DNA from: Candidatus Heimdallarchaeota archaeon
GTDB taxonomy: Archaea; Asgardarchaeota; Heimdallarchaeia; Hodarchaeales; Hodarchaeaceae
Length of the DNA stretch: 64,000 nucleotides
Direction of reading: 5' to 3'
Assembly: GCA_020353515.1 (NCBI GenBank)
Contig: CP070695.1
Span: 3,009,428-3,073,427 of the forward strand
Shown here: positions 47,487-58,085 of the stretch, piece by piece
Numbering within the stretch: position 1 is the stretch's first letter
How the letters are laid out: every line of letters starts with the position of its first letter
Translations under genes and position numbers: made by a program
Notes under the pieces: generated by a model
What the model saw: the letters and a program-made list of their open reading frames with translations, nothing else
Database searches by the model: none
What the model was told of the DNA's origin: nothing

Positions 47487-48863
47487 ATGATAAAAGTTGC
47501 TTTCATCGGTGCTGGTTCCCTAGTTTTTGGTGAAACCCTCCTCACAGATATCCTTACTTTTCCAACACTTCGGGATGAAATTGTCTTATGTCTTGAAGAT
47601 ATCGACCCAAAAAGATTAGATCTCATGTACAAATATATGCAGAAATACCGTGAAGATAATCTTCAAATCCTTGAAAATATTACAATTGAGAAGACAACAA
47701 ATCAAAAAGAAGCAATTACTGATGCAAAATATATTATAAATGCAGTCCTTATTGGTGGTCTGGATGTTGTAAAGCATGATTTAGAAATTCCCTTCAAATA
47801 CGGTGTGACTCAGTGTGTAGGGGATACTATAGGCCCTGGTGGAGTTTTTCGCTTTTTAAGAACCACTACGTTTTTTGATAGTCTATTAGAAGATATCAGA
47901 ACTCATGGATATAAGTCTGATGACTCTAAAGGATTAAGACCGCTTCTTTTAAACTATACCAACCCCATGGCCATGAATACTTGGTATTGTAACACGATAT
48001 CACCCAATTCAACCATTGGATTGTGTCATGGAGTTTTTGGGACAGCAGCTGTATTGGAGGCAGCTGTTCATCTAATGGAAGTGAATCCACAAGGTTTCGA
48101 CTACTTATGTGCTGGGATAAACCACCTCGCTTGGTTCTTAAAAGTCCAATATAAGGATTCAAATTCAGAATGGCATGATGCCTATCCTTTAATTCGAGAA
48201 GCAAGTAAATCTCAATACTTTTTGACAGATATCGAGAAACTCCGGGTAGATATGATGAATGCAACTGGGTATTTCATGACTGAAACCTCAGGTCATCTAA
48301 GTGAATACTTACCATATTATCGAAAGAGTTCTAGCTTATTAGAGAAGTATAGAGGAGATGGATTCTATGCGGAGCTCGATCATGCTTTAGATTATAATGA
48401 GCAAAGGGTCGCTCAACAGAATTTAGAGAAGGAATTTACAGAAAAATTAAACCAAAATTCTCTCCCATTCAAAGAAATTCCTTCTTGGGAATATGCACCA
48501 CTAATTATAAATGCCATGGAGAGCATAATCCCAGTACGAATCAATGGGAACGTGTTAAACAAAGGATATATTACGAACCTTCCCCCTAATTGTTGTGTAG
48601 AGGTTCCAATCTTTTTTGATAGCTTGGGGGCACATCCTCAAGGAGGAATTGAACTACCTACAGTGTGTCAAGCGCTTTGTATGTCAAATATCATGGTTCA
48701 GAAAGCAGCAGTCGAAGGGGCACTTACATTGGATCGTGAGAAGATTTATCAGGCTGTATTACTTGATCCAAACACTGCAAGTGTCTGTTCACCCGTTGAG
48801 ATCCGCGAGATGGTTGAAGAATTATTTGAAATAGAAAAACAATGGCTCCCTCAATTTGATTGA
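47487..48863 (+). CDS. Glycoside hydrolase family 4 (NAD+-dependent alpha-galactosidase/glucosidase)
   Basis: IGAGSLVF, GDTIGPGG, NYTNPMA, GLCHG, AGINHLAW, TETSGHLSEYLPY, VEVP. Confidence 0.92.
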   Translation: MIKVAFIGAGSLVFGETLLTDILTFPTLRDEIVLCLEDIDPKRLDLMYKYMQKYREDNLQILENITIEKTTNQKEAITDAKYIINAVLIGGLDVVKHDLEIPFKYGVTQCVGDTIGPGGVFRFLRTTTFFDSLLEDIRTHGYKSDDSKGLRPLLLNYTNPMAMNTWYCNTISPNSTIGLCHGVFGTAAVLEAAVHLMEVNPQGFDYLCAGINHLAWFLKVQYKDSNSEWHDAYPLIREASKSQYFLTDIEKLRVDMMNATGYFMTETSGHLSEYLPYYRKSSSLLEKYRGDGFYAELDHALDYNEQRVAQQNLEKEFTEKLNQNSLPFKEIPSWEYAPLIINAMESIIPVRINGNVLNKGYITNLPPNCCVEVPIFFDSLGAHPQGGIELPTVCQALCMSNIMVQKAAVEGALTLDREKIYQAVLLDPNTASVCSPVEIREMVEELFEIEKQWLPQFD

Positions 48864-49013
48864 GAAATATAGAACTCTCCAAACAAGTTTAAGTTGGAAT
48901 ATTCAGTTTTTCCTTTTTAAGAACCACTCTGCCATATTCAAAAACTTCTTTAGGAAAAAACTCAACATGTCGAAATAGAATTCAGAAATTTAGAATAAAG
49001 GAAATCCAAAAGT

Positions 49014-49949
49014 ATGAGCTTTCATGATCGCGTTTTCATTCTAGGTTCAGGAGCAATAGGATTAGCGCTAGCTGTTCACTTAGTAAATCAGAACCGCGAA
49101 GTTATTCTTGTTAGAACAAGTAGAGATGATGTTTCAGAGAAAAAGACGGAAGTATCTATGAGAGATGTCCGCGGAGAGATAATCAAAGCTTCAATGAATA
49201 TGGTTTCTCTAAGTAAATTAGAAAAATTAAATGGACTTATTGTTATTACAACTAAATCATATGTTAATAAAATGTTAGCATCAAAACTCTTGAATAAAAA
49301 TATTAATTCCCCATTGGTTGTAATGCAAAATGGGTTAGGCGTAGAAAACCCGTTTATTAATAATGATTTCTCTGAAATTTATAGATGCATTCTTTTTGCT
49401 ACAAGTCAAACATTAGATGAGAATTTCATCCAGTATAAACCAATTGCTCCCTCATCTATCGGAATCATTAAAGGTAACAGCCATAACCTTCAAAAAATCG
49501 TTACACTGCTTGATACACCAGGATTTCAATTTGTTATCGAAGAAAATCTTCAAGACAAAATTTGGCAAAAAGCTATCATTAACTCTGTTTTCAATTCCGT
49601 TTGCCCATTACTTGAAATAGATAATGGAATTTTTTATCGAAATGAAGATGTGACTCGTATCGCTACTGAAATCATCAAAGAGTGCCTTGTGATTGCTTCC
49701 GCATCAGGAATTACTCTCACTGCAGATCAGTTACTACAGCAAGTGCTAAAAATCAGTGAATTATCAGATGGACAATTTATTTCAACCTTACAAGATATTA
49801 AGAATAAAAAAGAAACAGAAATCAGTTTATTAAATCTAGAAATAGCCAGAATTGCAGAGAAATTAGAATTAAAAACACACGTTGCGAAAACAGAATTACT
49901 TGGGAAGCTGATACTCCTTAAATCGGAAATTCATATGCAAAAAGTATAA
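49014..49949 (+). CDS. panE: 2-dehydropantoate 2-reductase family
   Basis: GSGAIG, TKSY, QNGLGVE, W.K..IN..FN, STLQD.....TEI..LN. Confidence 0.8.
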   Translation: MSFHDRVFILGSGAIGLALAVHLVNQNREVILVRTSRDDVSEKKTEVSMRDVRGEIIKASMNMVSLSKLEKLNGLIVITTKSYVNKMLASKLLNKNINSPLVVMQNGLGVENPFINNDFSEIYRCILFATSQTLDENFIQYKPIAPSSIGIIKGNSHNLQKIVTLLDTPGFQFVIEENLQDKIWQKAIINSVFNSVCPLLEIDNGIFYRNEDVTRIATEIIKECLVIASASGITLTADQLLQQVLKISELSDGQFISTLQDIKNKKETEISLLNLEIARIAEKLELKTHVAKTELLGKLILLKSEIHMQKV

Positions 49950-50176
49950 TGCTTATTTTATTAACCACAAAATGAAATTGTTTGCTGTATTTGTAGAAAT
50001 GAGCAATTAGAGCTGATGTGTAATATATGTAGTTCTGCAAGAATAGAAGGGGATACTTTCAACATAATTTGATTGATTGATTGATTGAAATATTGAAAGT
50101 ATTCTTTCAGCTAGAATAAAGAGGGAAACAACCATCTATCCAGTTGGAAAGTCAAACGAATTTGAACTACTGAAGT

Positions 50177-51067
50177 TTAGCCAAGAAAGGAGGCAATTGT
50201 ATTGTTAACAAACCCAGGGGCTTCAATGTGAACCCAGTGACCGTATTCAGGGTGATATACTAGTTTGAATGCCCCCTCAATGTACTCGTTAAGCCCGAAA
50301 GTTAATGATTTATCTAAAGCTACATCTTTCTCCCCCCAAATCACAAGCGTAGGGCATTTAATTTTGGGAAATCTCTTGATAAAGCTAGCTTGATGGTCTT
50401 TCTTAATTGAGAGAATTTGAGTAATGTTCCAATTCGCACGGTAGTAATTGATACTAGATTCCAATGCTCCTGGTTGTGACCATGCTTCCACATACAGTTG
50501 CATATCCTCCTCTGTAAACGCCTGTTTGTTAGAAATAGATCCAAACACCATTCGTTGAAGTGCTTCGTAATTATTTTGACTTAAGATTTCTTCAGGAATG
50601 TTAGGGAACTGAAAAAAGAATACGTACCAACTTTTTTGCAGTTGTTGGAAGCGCATTGACCAAAACGCTTCTAAAAGCGGTACAGGATGAGGACAGTTAA
50701 TAATAACGAGTTTCGATACTTTTTCAGGTTCCATCATCGAAAGATTCCAAGCTACAGCACCACCCCAATCATGACCGACGACTATGGCTTTTGATTCTCC
50801 TAAAGCTGTAATCAGCTGACTGATATCTTCAACTAAGAGAGAAGTTGAATAACTATCAACACCTTCTGGCTTACTGCTCGTATTGTATCCCCGTAAATCT
50901 GGAGCCACAACTCTGAAGGATTCTGATAATGCAGGGATCTGATGTCTCCACGAGTACCAAAAATCAGGAAAACCATGAAGTAAAATTACTAACTCACCTG
51001 TTCCGTTCTCCACATAATGGAGCTTAACATCCCCCACATTGATATGACCATCTTTCCAAGTATTCAT
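50177..51067 (-). CDS. Alpha/beta hydrolase, epoxide hydrolase-like
   Basis: HGFP, GHDWGG nucleophile, YYRA, WGEKD, GHWV. Confidence 0.9.
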   Translation of the reverse strand: MNTWKDGHINVGDVKLHYVENGTGELVILLHGFPDFWYSWRHQIPALSESFRVVAPDLRGYNTSSKPEGVDSYSTSLLVEDISQLITALGESKAIVVGHDWGGAVAWNLSMMEPEKVSKLVIINCPHPVPLLEAFWSMRFQQLQKSWYVFFFQFPNIPEEILSQNNYEALQRMVFGSISNKQAFTEEDMQLYVEAWSQPGALESSINYYRANWNITQILSIKKDHQASFIKRFPKIKCPTLVIWGEKDVALDKSLTFGLNEYIEGAFKLVYHPEYGHWVHIEAPGFVNNTIASFLG

Positions 51068-51288
51068 AACTGTCTAATCCTCCAAAACTTTGATAAAATC
51101 AAAATAGATGAAATTCTGACTTAGAAGAAACAAATTTCCTTAAATATCTTCTTACAATATATTCTTTATAGAAGAAACTAAGACTTTCATAAACTTTTGT
51201 TAAATACCCCATCACTAGTACTCGAAACAACAATTGTACTTGAAACAGCACAGGTACTAAAAAAAAGGAGTAGAACAACTCGAAATAC

Positions 51289-52107
51289 CTATACAGAATT
51301 CTTAGTGGCTTTTAACGAGAATGTTAATGGGACTTGCTGAAACCTCTCTGGTAGGTGCCACCATCCGTCCCCTTTTTGTTCAAGAAAGGGTAACATCTTC
51401 CAAGCAACAAAGGGGTACTCATGAACAAAGTCTATTCGTAAACCTGCTTCTATGAGGCTATTGACAATTGAACCCATATCATGAGCCCATCCATATTCTT
51501 TCGTATTGGTTAATTTTGTTCTTTCGTCTGCATAAGAACCCTCTTCATCAAATTCAAGTGGTTTTTCCTGATGAAAATAAGGGTAACGAACAATAAGGTC
51601 GTTTTCACATTCATCGTCAAAGATATTTCCCGTTGGATGAGAATCTAATATGTAAAAGAAACCACCCAGCTTTAAAAAGTGAGAAATAAACTGTGCCCAT
51701 TTTTTCAGATCAGGTAACCAATATATGGCTCCATTGCTTGTGAATACAATATCAAAACAATTCTGCTTCAAGCTAGTTCGATCTAAATCATAGATATCAG
51801 ATTGAATGAACGTGGCTTCAATGCCAATTTCTGCGCTCAATTGCCTAGCTAATTCGATGGCACGACTGGAAAAATCAACCCCTGTGACGTGAGCTCCCAA
51901 CCGAGCCCAAGATAAGGTGTCTTTTCCAAAATGGCACTGTAAATGTAATAATTTTTTCCCTTTGACATCACCAACCTCATTAATTTCAAGATCACTAATA
52001 GAAATGCCTCCTTCCTTGAACTTTTCAACATTGTAGAATTCACTCTTGAAGTGAATAGTTGCAAGTTCCTCCCAGCGTTTTTTATTGATTTTAATATACT
52101 CTTTCAT
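51289..52107 (-). CDS. Class I SAM-dependent methyltransferase
   Basis: LLHLQCHFGKDTLSWARLGA.VTGVDFS, WLPDL..W; start set at ATG 52107, which removes the overlap with the kinase gene. Confidence 0.9.
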   Translation of the reverse strand: MKEYIKINKKRWEELATIHFKSEFYNVEKFKEGGISISDLEINEVGDVKGKKLLHLQCHFGKDTLSWARLGAHVTGVDFSSRAIELARQLSAEIGIEATFIQSDIYDLDRTSLKQNCFDIVFTSNGAIYWLPDLKKWAQFISHFLKLGGFFYILDSHPTGNIFDDECENDLIVRYPYFHQEKPLEFDEEGSYADERTKLTNTKEYGWAHDMGSIVNSLIEAGLRIDFVHEYPFVAWKMLPFLEQKGDGWWHLPERFQQVPLTFSLKATKNSV

Positions 52108-52147
52108 GTGGATTCCACATCGATACCGTGCAAAAGGAATTAAGAAA

Positions 52148-53323
52148 TTATACTTCACAATTAAAAGTAGTAATAAATTGTGTTCCCTTGGAATAATCAT
52201 CTTGAACACGACTTTCAATAGAAATTCGACCGTTATATCTTTCTACAAGAGTTTTTACAATAAATAATCCCAGACCAGATCCCTTTCCTTCTTTCTTAAA
52301 TTCAGAAAAACGAGTAAAAATTTCTTCTCGGATATTAAGCGGAATTCCCTTTGCATTATCTGTAATAGTAATAGAACAGACTCCATCATCTTGAGAAGAG
52401 GTTATATCAATTTGTTTGATTACATTTTGATTATGTTTTACAGCATTTGTAAAGAGATTGATAAATAAATATTCAATCAATGAATCAGCAAGAATGAATA
52501 AGTTATTTGGTATGTTTTCTATCGATACAACTATCTCTTGGTTTGGGTAAAGATTTATTATAAACTTTTTTGCCCTAACAAGAACAGGTTTAAGTTCTAT
52601 GGGTTGTAATACAAAATCTTTGGTTATTTGAGTTTTCATCAATACAGAAACATTTTCTAATAATTTAGTTGCTTGTTGTATACCCTTCTTTGCCTTAGAT
52701 AAGAAATTTATGACATCTTCTTGCTGGTCAAGATTTTCAGTGAGTATTATATCAATATAACCTTGAAATTGTGTAAAATAATTCCTAAGATCATGAGTCA
52801 TTAAATCAATCAAAAACTCATTCTCATTAATTTTTTCATTCAGAATTGACTCCTTCGCCTTATATTCTGTAAGATCGAATACTAGTACCCAAGCTTCGGC
52901 CCATGTTGAAACAAACTTTTCAGGAATATATGTTAAATATCTCAAATAGATTAATTTGCCTTTCTTAGTTACTGTATAACCTTCTACATAACTTTGTGAT
53001 TTTCCCTCTGATAAGTCAATTATGGCTTCCTTAAACGGTGGAACTTGGAATGGAAGACTCATATACTTTGAAATGGATCCTAGTAATTCTCTTTTTGATT
53101 CTCCCTCAATTAATTCCATCATTGATCTATTAACATCAACTATCTTTACTAATTGTGCACATTTCATTATCTCTGAAGGATTTTCGTCAAAATATTGTCT
53201 GATATCATCTGTTTTTTCCTTCAATGAGTCCAAGTATTTCTTTAGATCAGATAAATCTTCTTTCCAGATTGAAAGAGGAGATCCTTCAAATAATCCCCGG
53301 AAAATTGTATCTAACTCGGTCAA
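52148..53323 (-). CDS. Soluble PAS-domain sensor histidine kinase
   Basis: PAS-like N-terminus (LFEGSPLSIW...IVDVN), H-box THDLRN, N-box NLFTNAVKH, G1 DNAKGI, G2 GSGLGL. Confidence 0.92.
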   Translation of the reverse strand: MTELDTIFRGLFEGSPLSIWKEDLSDLKKYLDSLKEKTDDIRQYFDENPSEIMKCAQLVKIVDVNRSMMELIEGESKRELLGSISKYMSLPFQVPPFKEAIIDLSEGKSQSYVEGYTVTKKGKLIYLRYLTYIPEKFVSTWAEAWVLVFDLTEYKAKESILNEKINENEFLIDLMTHDLRNYFTQFQGYIDIILTENLDQQEDVINFLSKAKKGIQQATKLLENVSVLMKTQITKDFVLQPIELKPVLVRAKKFIINLYPNQEIVVSIENIPNNLFILADSLIEYLFINLFTNAVKHNQNVIKQIDITSSQDDGVCSITITDNAKGIPLNIREEIFTRFSEFKKEGKGSGLGLFIVKTLVERYNGRISIESRVQDDYSKGTQFITTFNCEV

Positions 53324-53350
53324 TAGTTCACTCTTCCTTCAATAAGTAAA

Positions 53351-53411
53351 TATGTGATATCACATACAATTTGATATCAAAGTGGTAATATATCAATAGT
53401 TTGATATTAAA
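53351..53411. promoter_or_regulatory. Array of TGATATCA-core palindromes in the divergent kinase/flavodoxin promoter
   Basis: Perfect 16-mer TATGTGATATCACATA (53351-53366), perfect 12-mer TTTGATATCAAA (53370-53381) and near-perfect TTTGATATTAAA (53400-53411). Confidence 0.65.
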
Positions 53412-53451
53412 ATATGTGTGAATTTACTATTTATTCTTAATCACTTGCTAG

Positions 53452-54168
53452 GTGAATAATTTTATGAAAGTAATCGCAATTAATAGTAGCCCCCGTAAAA
53501 ATAAAGGATTGACTGCTAATATCTTGAGACCGTTTCTTGAAGGGATTCGGGAAAGTAAAGCAGACTTAGATCTATTTTATACGAAAGATCTTACGATTAA
53601 TTTCTGTCGTTCGTGTTATCAGTGTTGGACTACAACACCAGGTAAATGTAGCCAGAAGGATGATATGGCGATTTTACTTCCCAAGTTTCGGGAAGCAGAC
53701 ATATGGATATTCGCTTCGCCAATCTATTGTGATGGAATAAATGGATCAATGAAAACAGTAATTGATCGCTTGATTGCTTTGATGAAACCTGTTACTGAGT
53801 TACGCGCAGGTCGTTGTCGGCATCCACTAAGAGAAGATGTGAAACGTGGAAAAATAGTTTTTGTATCTAGTGCTGCGTGGTGGAAGATGGAGAATTTTGA
53901 CCCAATGATTACTTATTTCAAAGCGTTTTGTAATAACTTTGATCGGGAGTTTGTTGGCGCGCTACTAAGACCACATTCAGTCGCATTAGTACCACTGCGT
54001 AAAGAGAAGGTCATTGATGATATAAACGCTGCTGCACAAAAAGCAGGCAATCAAATTATTAAGCAAGGAAAAATATCTCAGCAATACTTATCAACGATAA
54101 GCCAAGAATTAATGCCACAAGAGGTCTATATTGATGTACTCAACAAAGGTTGGGAAACAAAATCATAG
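53452..54168 (+). CDS. Flavodoxin family / iron-sulfur flavoprotein
   Basis: NSSPR, CRSCYQCW....GKC...DDM, ASPIY, K..IDR. Confidence 0.88.
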   Translation: MNNFMKVIAINSSPRKNKGLTANILRPFLEGIRESKADLDLFYTKDLTINFCRSCYQCWTTTPGKCSQKDDMAILLPKFREADIWIFASPIYCDGINGSMKTVIDRLIALMKPVTELRAGRCRHPLREDVKRGKIVFVSSAAWWKMENFDPMITYFKAFCNNFDREFVGALLRPHSVALVPLRKEKVIDDINAAAQKAGNQIIKQGKISQQYLSTISQELMPQEVYIDVLNKGWETKS

Positions 54169-54350
54169 ATTACTAAATCATTTTTCTTTCAACTTCGTCT
54201 AGACTCGACATTGAAAAGATTATTTGTCTCTTGAGGAACGTAAGCGACAATAGATTTTTATTGACAGAACAGAATTAACCAGTTGGACAAAAGAGAGGAC
54301 GTTCTAAGTATCTTTTTTCATGTAATATCAAGAATTTGATCGGTGATGAT

Positions 54351-54679
54351 ATGGGAGAATATAAAGAAAAGATCAAAAAACATTTTTGTATGTTGGTTTG
54401 TTCCACAATCAGTGATATTGATGATGTAAAAACTTTTAGAGAAAAATACGAACCTATATTCCAAAAAATGACTCAATTATCGCTGTACGTTCGTGGGATT
54501 ACCACACTAATGAAGAACCCCTTTTTGTAGTTAAGACGACGAATGGAGTAAACCTAGCAAATTCGATACCAAATAGTACCTTGTCATATTGGGTTGGTTC
54601 ACTTAAGAATGAATCGATAATGATTGAAATTAATGAAACCGCTTTAGATGAATTAAAGTGTAAATACGAAAAATCTTGA
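54351..54679 (+). pseudogene. Frameshifted hypothetical ~109-aa gene
   Basis: The 0 frame MGEYKEK...IFQK continues in the -1 frame NDSIIAVRSWDY...KYEKS* (open to TGA 54677-54679) across the A6 run at 54463-54468. Confidence 0.5.
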
Positions 54680-54687
54680 AGACTTAT

Positions 54688-56424
54688 TTATTGATCAGCT
54701 TTATTAACTCCAAAGGGTATAATATCATCGAGATAAGATAGTATCATTCCTAGCTCTGGTTCTTTGAGCTCAGAATTAATGAGATCAAGAACACTCTGAA
54801 CAGTGACTATATCCTTCAGATATGAAAGCCTTAGATCTTCCATATCCGCATCAAGAACCAGAATTTTGTTTTTCTTTTCAGAAGTATCCCAGGGAGGCCA
54901 ATGAGGGTGACTTTCTCCGTTTGGATTTCCTGTACAAGCAAAGTTGGCAAGGTAGCTCATACATAAATCAGTCAGTTTCTCACGGCCAGGACGATTATGC
55001 TTTGTGTGGGTTTTTCCTATCATCATAGATAAAGCACCCATACCCATCCCTAAGAAAAAAGGAAGCTCCGCAGCGTGGTGAGCACCCAAGTCTCGACCCA
55101 TGTTTTTGGGAAGAACACTCACACCATCATTATCTGGGCTTCCCCAATCAAAACGGTACGCATAAATGGGGATATTAGTGTTTGATGTCATTTGACACAC
55201 TAAGGAATCAAGACCACTCACTCGCCATAATAGGGAACGATAACCCCAAATCAAGTCATATTTCCTTGTATTCCGTGGGGGATCTTTTCTAAAATTACCA
55301 AAGAGCTTCAATTCGTCTTTAGTACAACCAATAATAAGCGGTACCTTATTCGCCCACTCTCCAGTTGAAAACACAGCATAACCTTCTTTTGGTATTATAG
55401 TACCATCGGTGAAAATAGTCCGCCAGTCTGCCATTCCAAAATCCCTAGTGGGAATACATTTCGTGATCTTAAATGCAGATTTCGAACGAAAGTAATTATT
55501 GACCTCTCTTTCAGACATTTTGCCGATAATTTGCTCAGCTTCTTCTCGGTTCTTAGCTTTACGATCTTTGATGAGGAGGTTTACAAGAAGATTGTCACTT
55601 TGAGCTTCTGCAGCGTTATTACTCCAAATATAAGATAATCCACTCTCAACAATAGCACGATGGAAGAGGCCTTTTGCAGGAGTGGAAATAAGGAGGGAAA
55701 GAACATTAAAGGCACCGCCAGATTCACCCGCGATTGTAACATTATCAGGATCTCCTCCAAAAGCTCTTATGTTGTCTTGTACCCATTCTAAGGCTTTTAT
55801 GATGTCAAGAGTCCCAAAGTTCCCACTCTTATCTTCAGGAGAGCCGCTATTTGTCACTGTGGGGTGTATAAACCAACCCATTGCTCCAAGACGGAAATTA
55901 ATTGAAATATATAGTAAATTAGCCTTCTCAGCTACCGCATTACCATAATAAGTGACCTCTGCAGATGTTCCGATTGAGTTCCCTCCACCATGGATATATA
56001 GATAAACTGGTAATTTTGTCTCTGGTGTTTTAGGACGCCAGATGTTGAGGTAAAGACAGTCCTCTGACCCAGATGGACCTAGTATGGGCATTATTTGCGC
56101 AGCAGAATTTCCAAACTTTCGTGTTTTGCGTGTGCCGATCCACGGAGTGGGAGTAAGTGGTGCCTTCCAACGGAATGGCCCAACTGGAGGAGTTGCATAA
56201 GGAATTCCCTTCCAGCACCAAGACCCTTTATCTGAAAAACCAGAGATCAAACCATACTTGGTTTGGATAAGAACGTCATTATCCCATGACCCAAGTTTAA
56301 AAGTAGTACTAGATGGTTTTAATGTGAAAAAATGGCTTATATAAGAAGATATAGCCCTTTTAATAAAATTACCTAATCTAATAAATGGGACGAATAAATA
56401 AATTAGTTTCATTCTTAAAGACAT
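54688..56424 (-). CDS. Carboxylesterase type B family
   Basis: KGIPYA.PPVG..RW, SEDCLYLNIW, HGGG, GESGG nucleophile, HAAEL. Confidence 0.93.
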   Translation of the reverse strand: MSLRMKLIYLFVPFIRLGNFIKRAISSYISHFFTLKPSSTTFKLGSWDNDVLIQTKYGLISGFSDKGSWCWKGIPYATPPVGPFRWKAPLTPTPWIGTRKTRKFGNSAAQIMPILGPSGSEDCLYLNIWRPKTPETKLPVYLYIHGGGNSIGTSAEVTYYGNAVAEKANLLYISINFRLGAMGWFIHPTVTNSGSPEDKSGNFGTLDIIKALEWVQDNIRAFGGDPDNVTIAGESGGAFNVLSLLISTPAKGLFHRAIVESGLSYIWSNNAAEAQSDNLLVNLLIKDRKAKNREEAEQIIGKMSEREVNNYFRSKSAFKITKCIPTRDFGMADWRTIFTDGTIIPKEGYAVFSTGEWANKVPLIIGCTKDELKLFGNFRKDPPRNTRKYDLIWGYRSLLWRVSGLDSLVCQMTSNTNIPIYAYRFDWGSPDNDGVSVLPKNMGRDLGAHHAAELPFFLGMGMGALSMMIGKTHTKHNRPGREKLTDLCMSYLANFACTGNPNGESHPHWPPWDTSEKKNKILVLDADMEDLRLSYLKDIVTVQSVLDLINSELKEPELGMILSYLDDIIPFGVNKADQ

Positions 56425-56634
56425 GATTTTACACCGAGAACTGCCTTTATTTAAGGAAAATATTCTTTTGAGATAGATTATTTAGTTTAAACGTCAGTAA
56501 TCCGAGCTATGTTATCAGTTGGTATCTATATTGTCGTGTCTCAACTTTTTTTAATTAACATTTAATCCAACGTAAAACCCATTATAAAACAATAGCTTAA
56601 CAGTTTATTAATTAAATCTAAAAAGGAGATTAGA

Positions 56635-57342
56635 ATGAACACCTACATAACAAATGCAAGAATTTCGGGAGTACTTTTCATAACTGCAACAGGTGCAGCC
56701 ATTATAAGTGGGTTTTTTTTGTTACCTATTCTACAGGCTTCAGATTATCTGACTGAGGTTTCTGAAAATGAGATCCAAGTAGCTCTAGGAGCGTTCTTTT
56801 ATTTTATTATGGCAGCTGCAGGTGCTGGTATTGCAATTCCGATGTATCCACTCTTAAAACAGCATAATGAAGGGATGGCTCTTGGAGCCGTTGGTTTCAG
56901 GATCATTGAAGGCGTAATCTTCATGGTGGGTGTTATATGCGTACTTGCACTAGTCCCATTAAGTCAGGAATTTGTAGACGCAGGAGCTCCAGCTGATTCT
57001 TATTTTCAAAATATAGGCGAATTATTACTAACAGGGTATACTATAGACCAGGCTGTTGTACCAGGAGTATTTGCTTTTAGCCTAGGTGCTCTGATGTATT
57101 ATTATATATTTTTTCAATCCGAACTCGTTCCTCGATGGTTATCTGTCTGGGGTCTTATTGGCATTATTTTGGGGTTTGTGAATGGCTTGTTAGATATCTT
57201 CGGTGGTATTTCTGAGATGATCTCGATGTTGATAGATCTTCCAATTTTCGTGAATGAAATGGTTCTAGCGGTATGGCTAATAGTTAAAGGCTTCAATTCA
57301 TCTGTAATTGCTTCCGAGTCTGTAAAAACAGATACCCATTGA
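56635..57342 (+). CDS. DUF4386 family membrane protein
   Basis: ARISGVLFI, YP.LK.HNE..ALG.VGFR..E, S.LVPRWLS.WGLIG, P....EM.LA.WLIVKGF. Confidence 0.85.
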   Translation: MNTYITNARISGVLFITATGAAIISGFFLLPILQASDYLTEVSENEIQVALGAFFYFIMAAAGAGIAIPMYPLLKQHNEGMALGAVGFRIIEGVIFMVGVICVLALVPLSQEFVDAGAPADSYFQNIGELLLTGYTIDQAVVPGVFAFSLGALMYYYIFFQSELVPRWLSVWGLIGIILGFVNGLLDIFGGISEMISMLIDLPIFVNEMVLAVWLIVKGFNSSVIASESVKTDTH

Positions 57343-57346
57343 TAAA

Positions 57347-58060
57347 ATGAATGTATTGGAAAACTGGTGGAAAAAAATGGAAAATCAAGGAAAAATAAAC
57401 GCAAGAATTACAGGTGCATTATTCATAACGGCGACGGTTGCAGGCGTACTTGCTGTTGTTTTTTTTGGATCTAATCTAGAATCTCCTGTCGATCTAGCCA
57501 AAATTTCTGTAAATGAAACCCAAGTGATGCTAGGAGCGCTCTTCTACTTTATTTTGGCAGCTGCATGTGCTGGTATTGCAATTCCGATGTATCCAATCTT
57601 AAAACAACATAACGAAGGGATGGCTCTTGGAGCCGTTGGGTTCAGGATGATTGAGGGCGCACTCTATATGGTGGGTGTTATGTGTGTACTAGCATTAGTA
57701 CTATTAAGTCAGGAATTTATAGACGCAGTCGCTCCAGCTGATCCCTATTTTCAAACTGTAGGTGAATTATTACTAGCAGGACAAGATTTGGCTCAAGCCC
57801 TTGTACCTGGTGTATTCGCTTTTAGCCTAGGTGCCCTGATGTATCAGTTTATATTTTTTCAGTCAAAACTCATTCCTCGATGGTTATCAGTCTGGGGTCT
57901 GATTGGATCCACATTGGTGTTTGTTTCTGGATTGGTCACTATATTCGGTGGTAGTACCTTTTCAACGATCTCAGATTTGTTGAATTTTCCAAATTTCGTG
58001 GGTGAAATGGTTCTAGCTGTATGGCTGATAGTTAAAGGCTTTAATTCATCAGAAGAGTAA
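57347..58060 (+). CDS. DUF4386 family membrane protein (tandem paralog)
   Basis: Same motifs as 56635-57342, with long identical DNA tracts; the start may be 57377. Confidence 0.85.
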   Translation: MNVLENWWKKMENQGKINARITGALFITATVAGVLAVVFFGSNLESPVDLAKISVNETQVMLGALFYFILAAACAGIAIPMYPILKQHNEGMALGAVGFRMIEGALYMVGVMCVLALVLLSQEFIDAVAPADPYFQTVGELLLAGQDLAQALVPGVFAFSLGALMYQFIFFQSKLIPRWLSVWGLIGSTLVFVSGLVTIFGGSTFSTISDLLNFPNFVGEMVLAVWLIVKGFNSSEE

Positions 58061-58085
58061 TTAAATCATAAAAAAGGATTGAATT

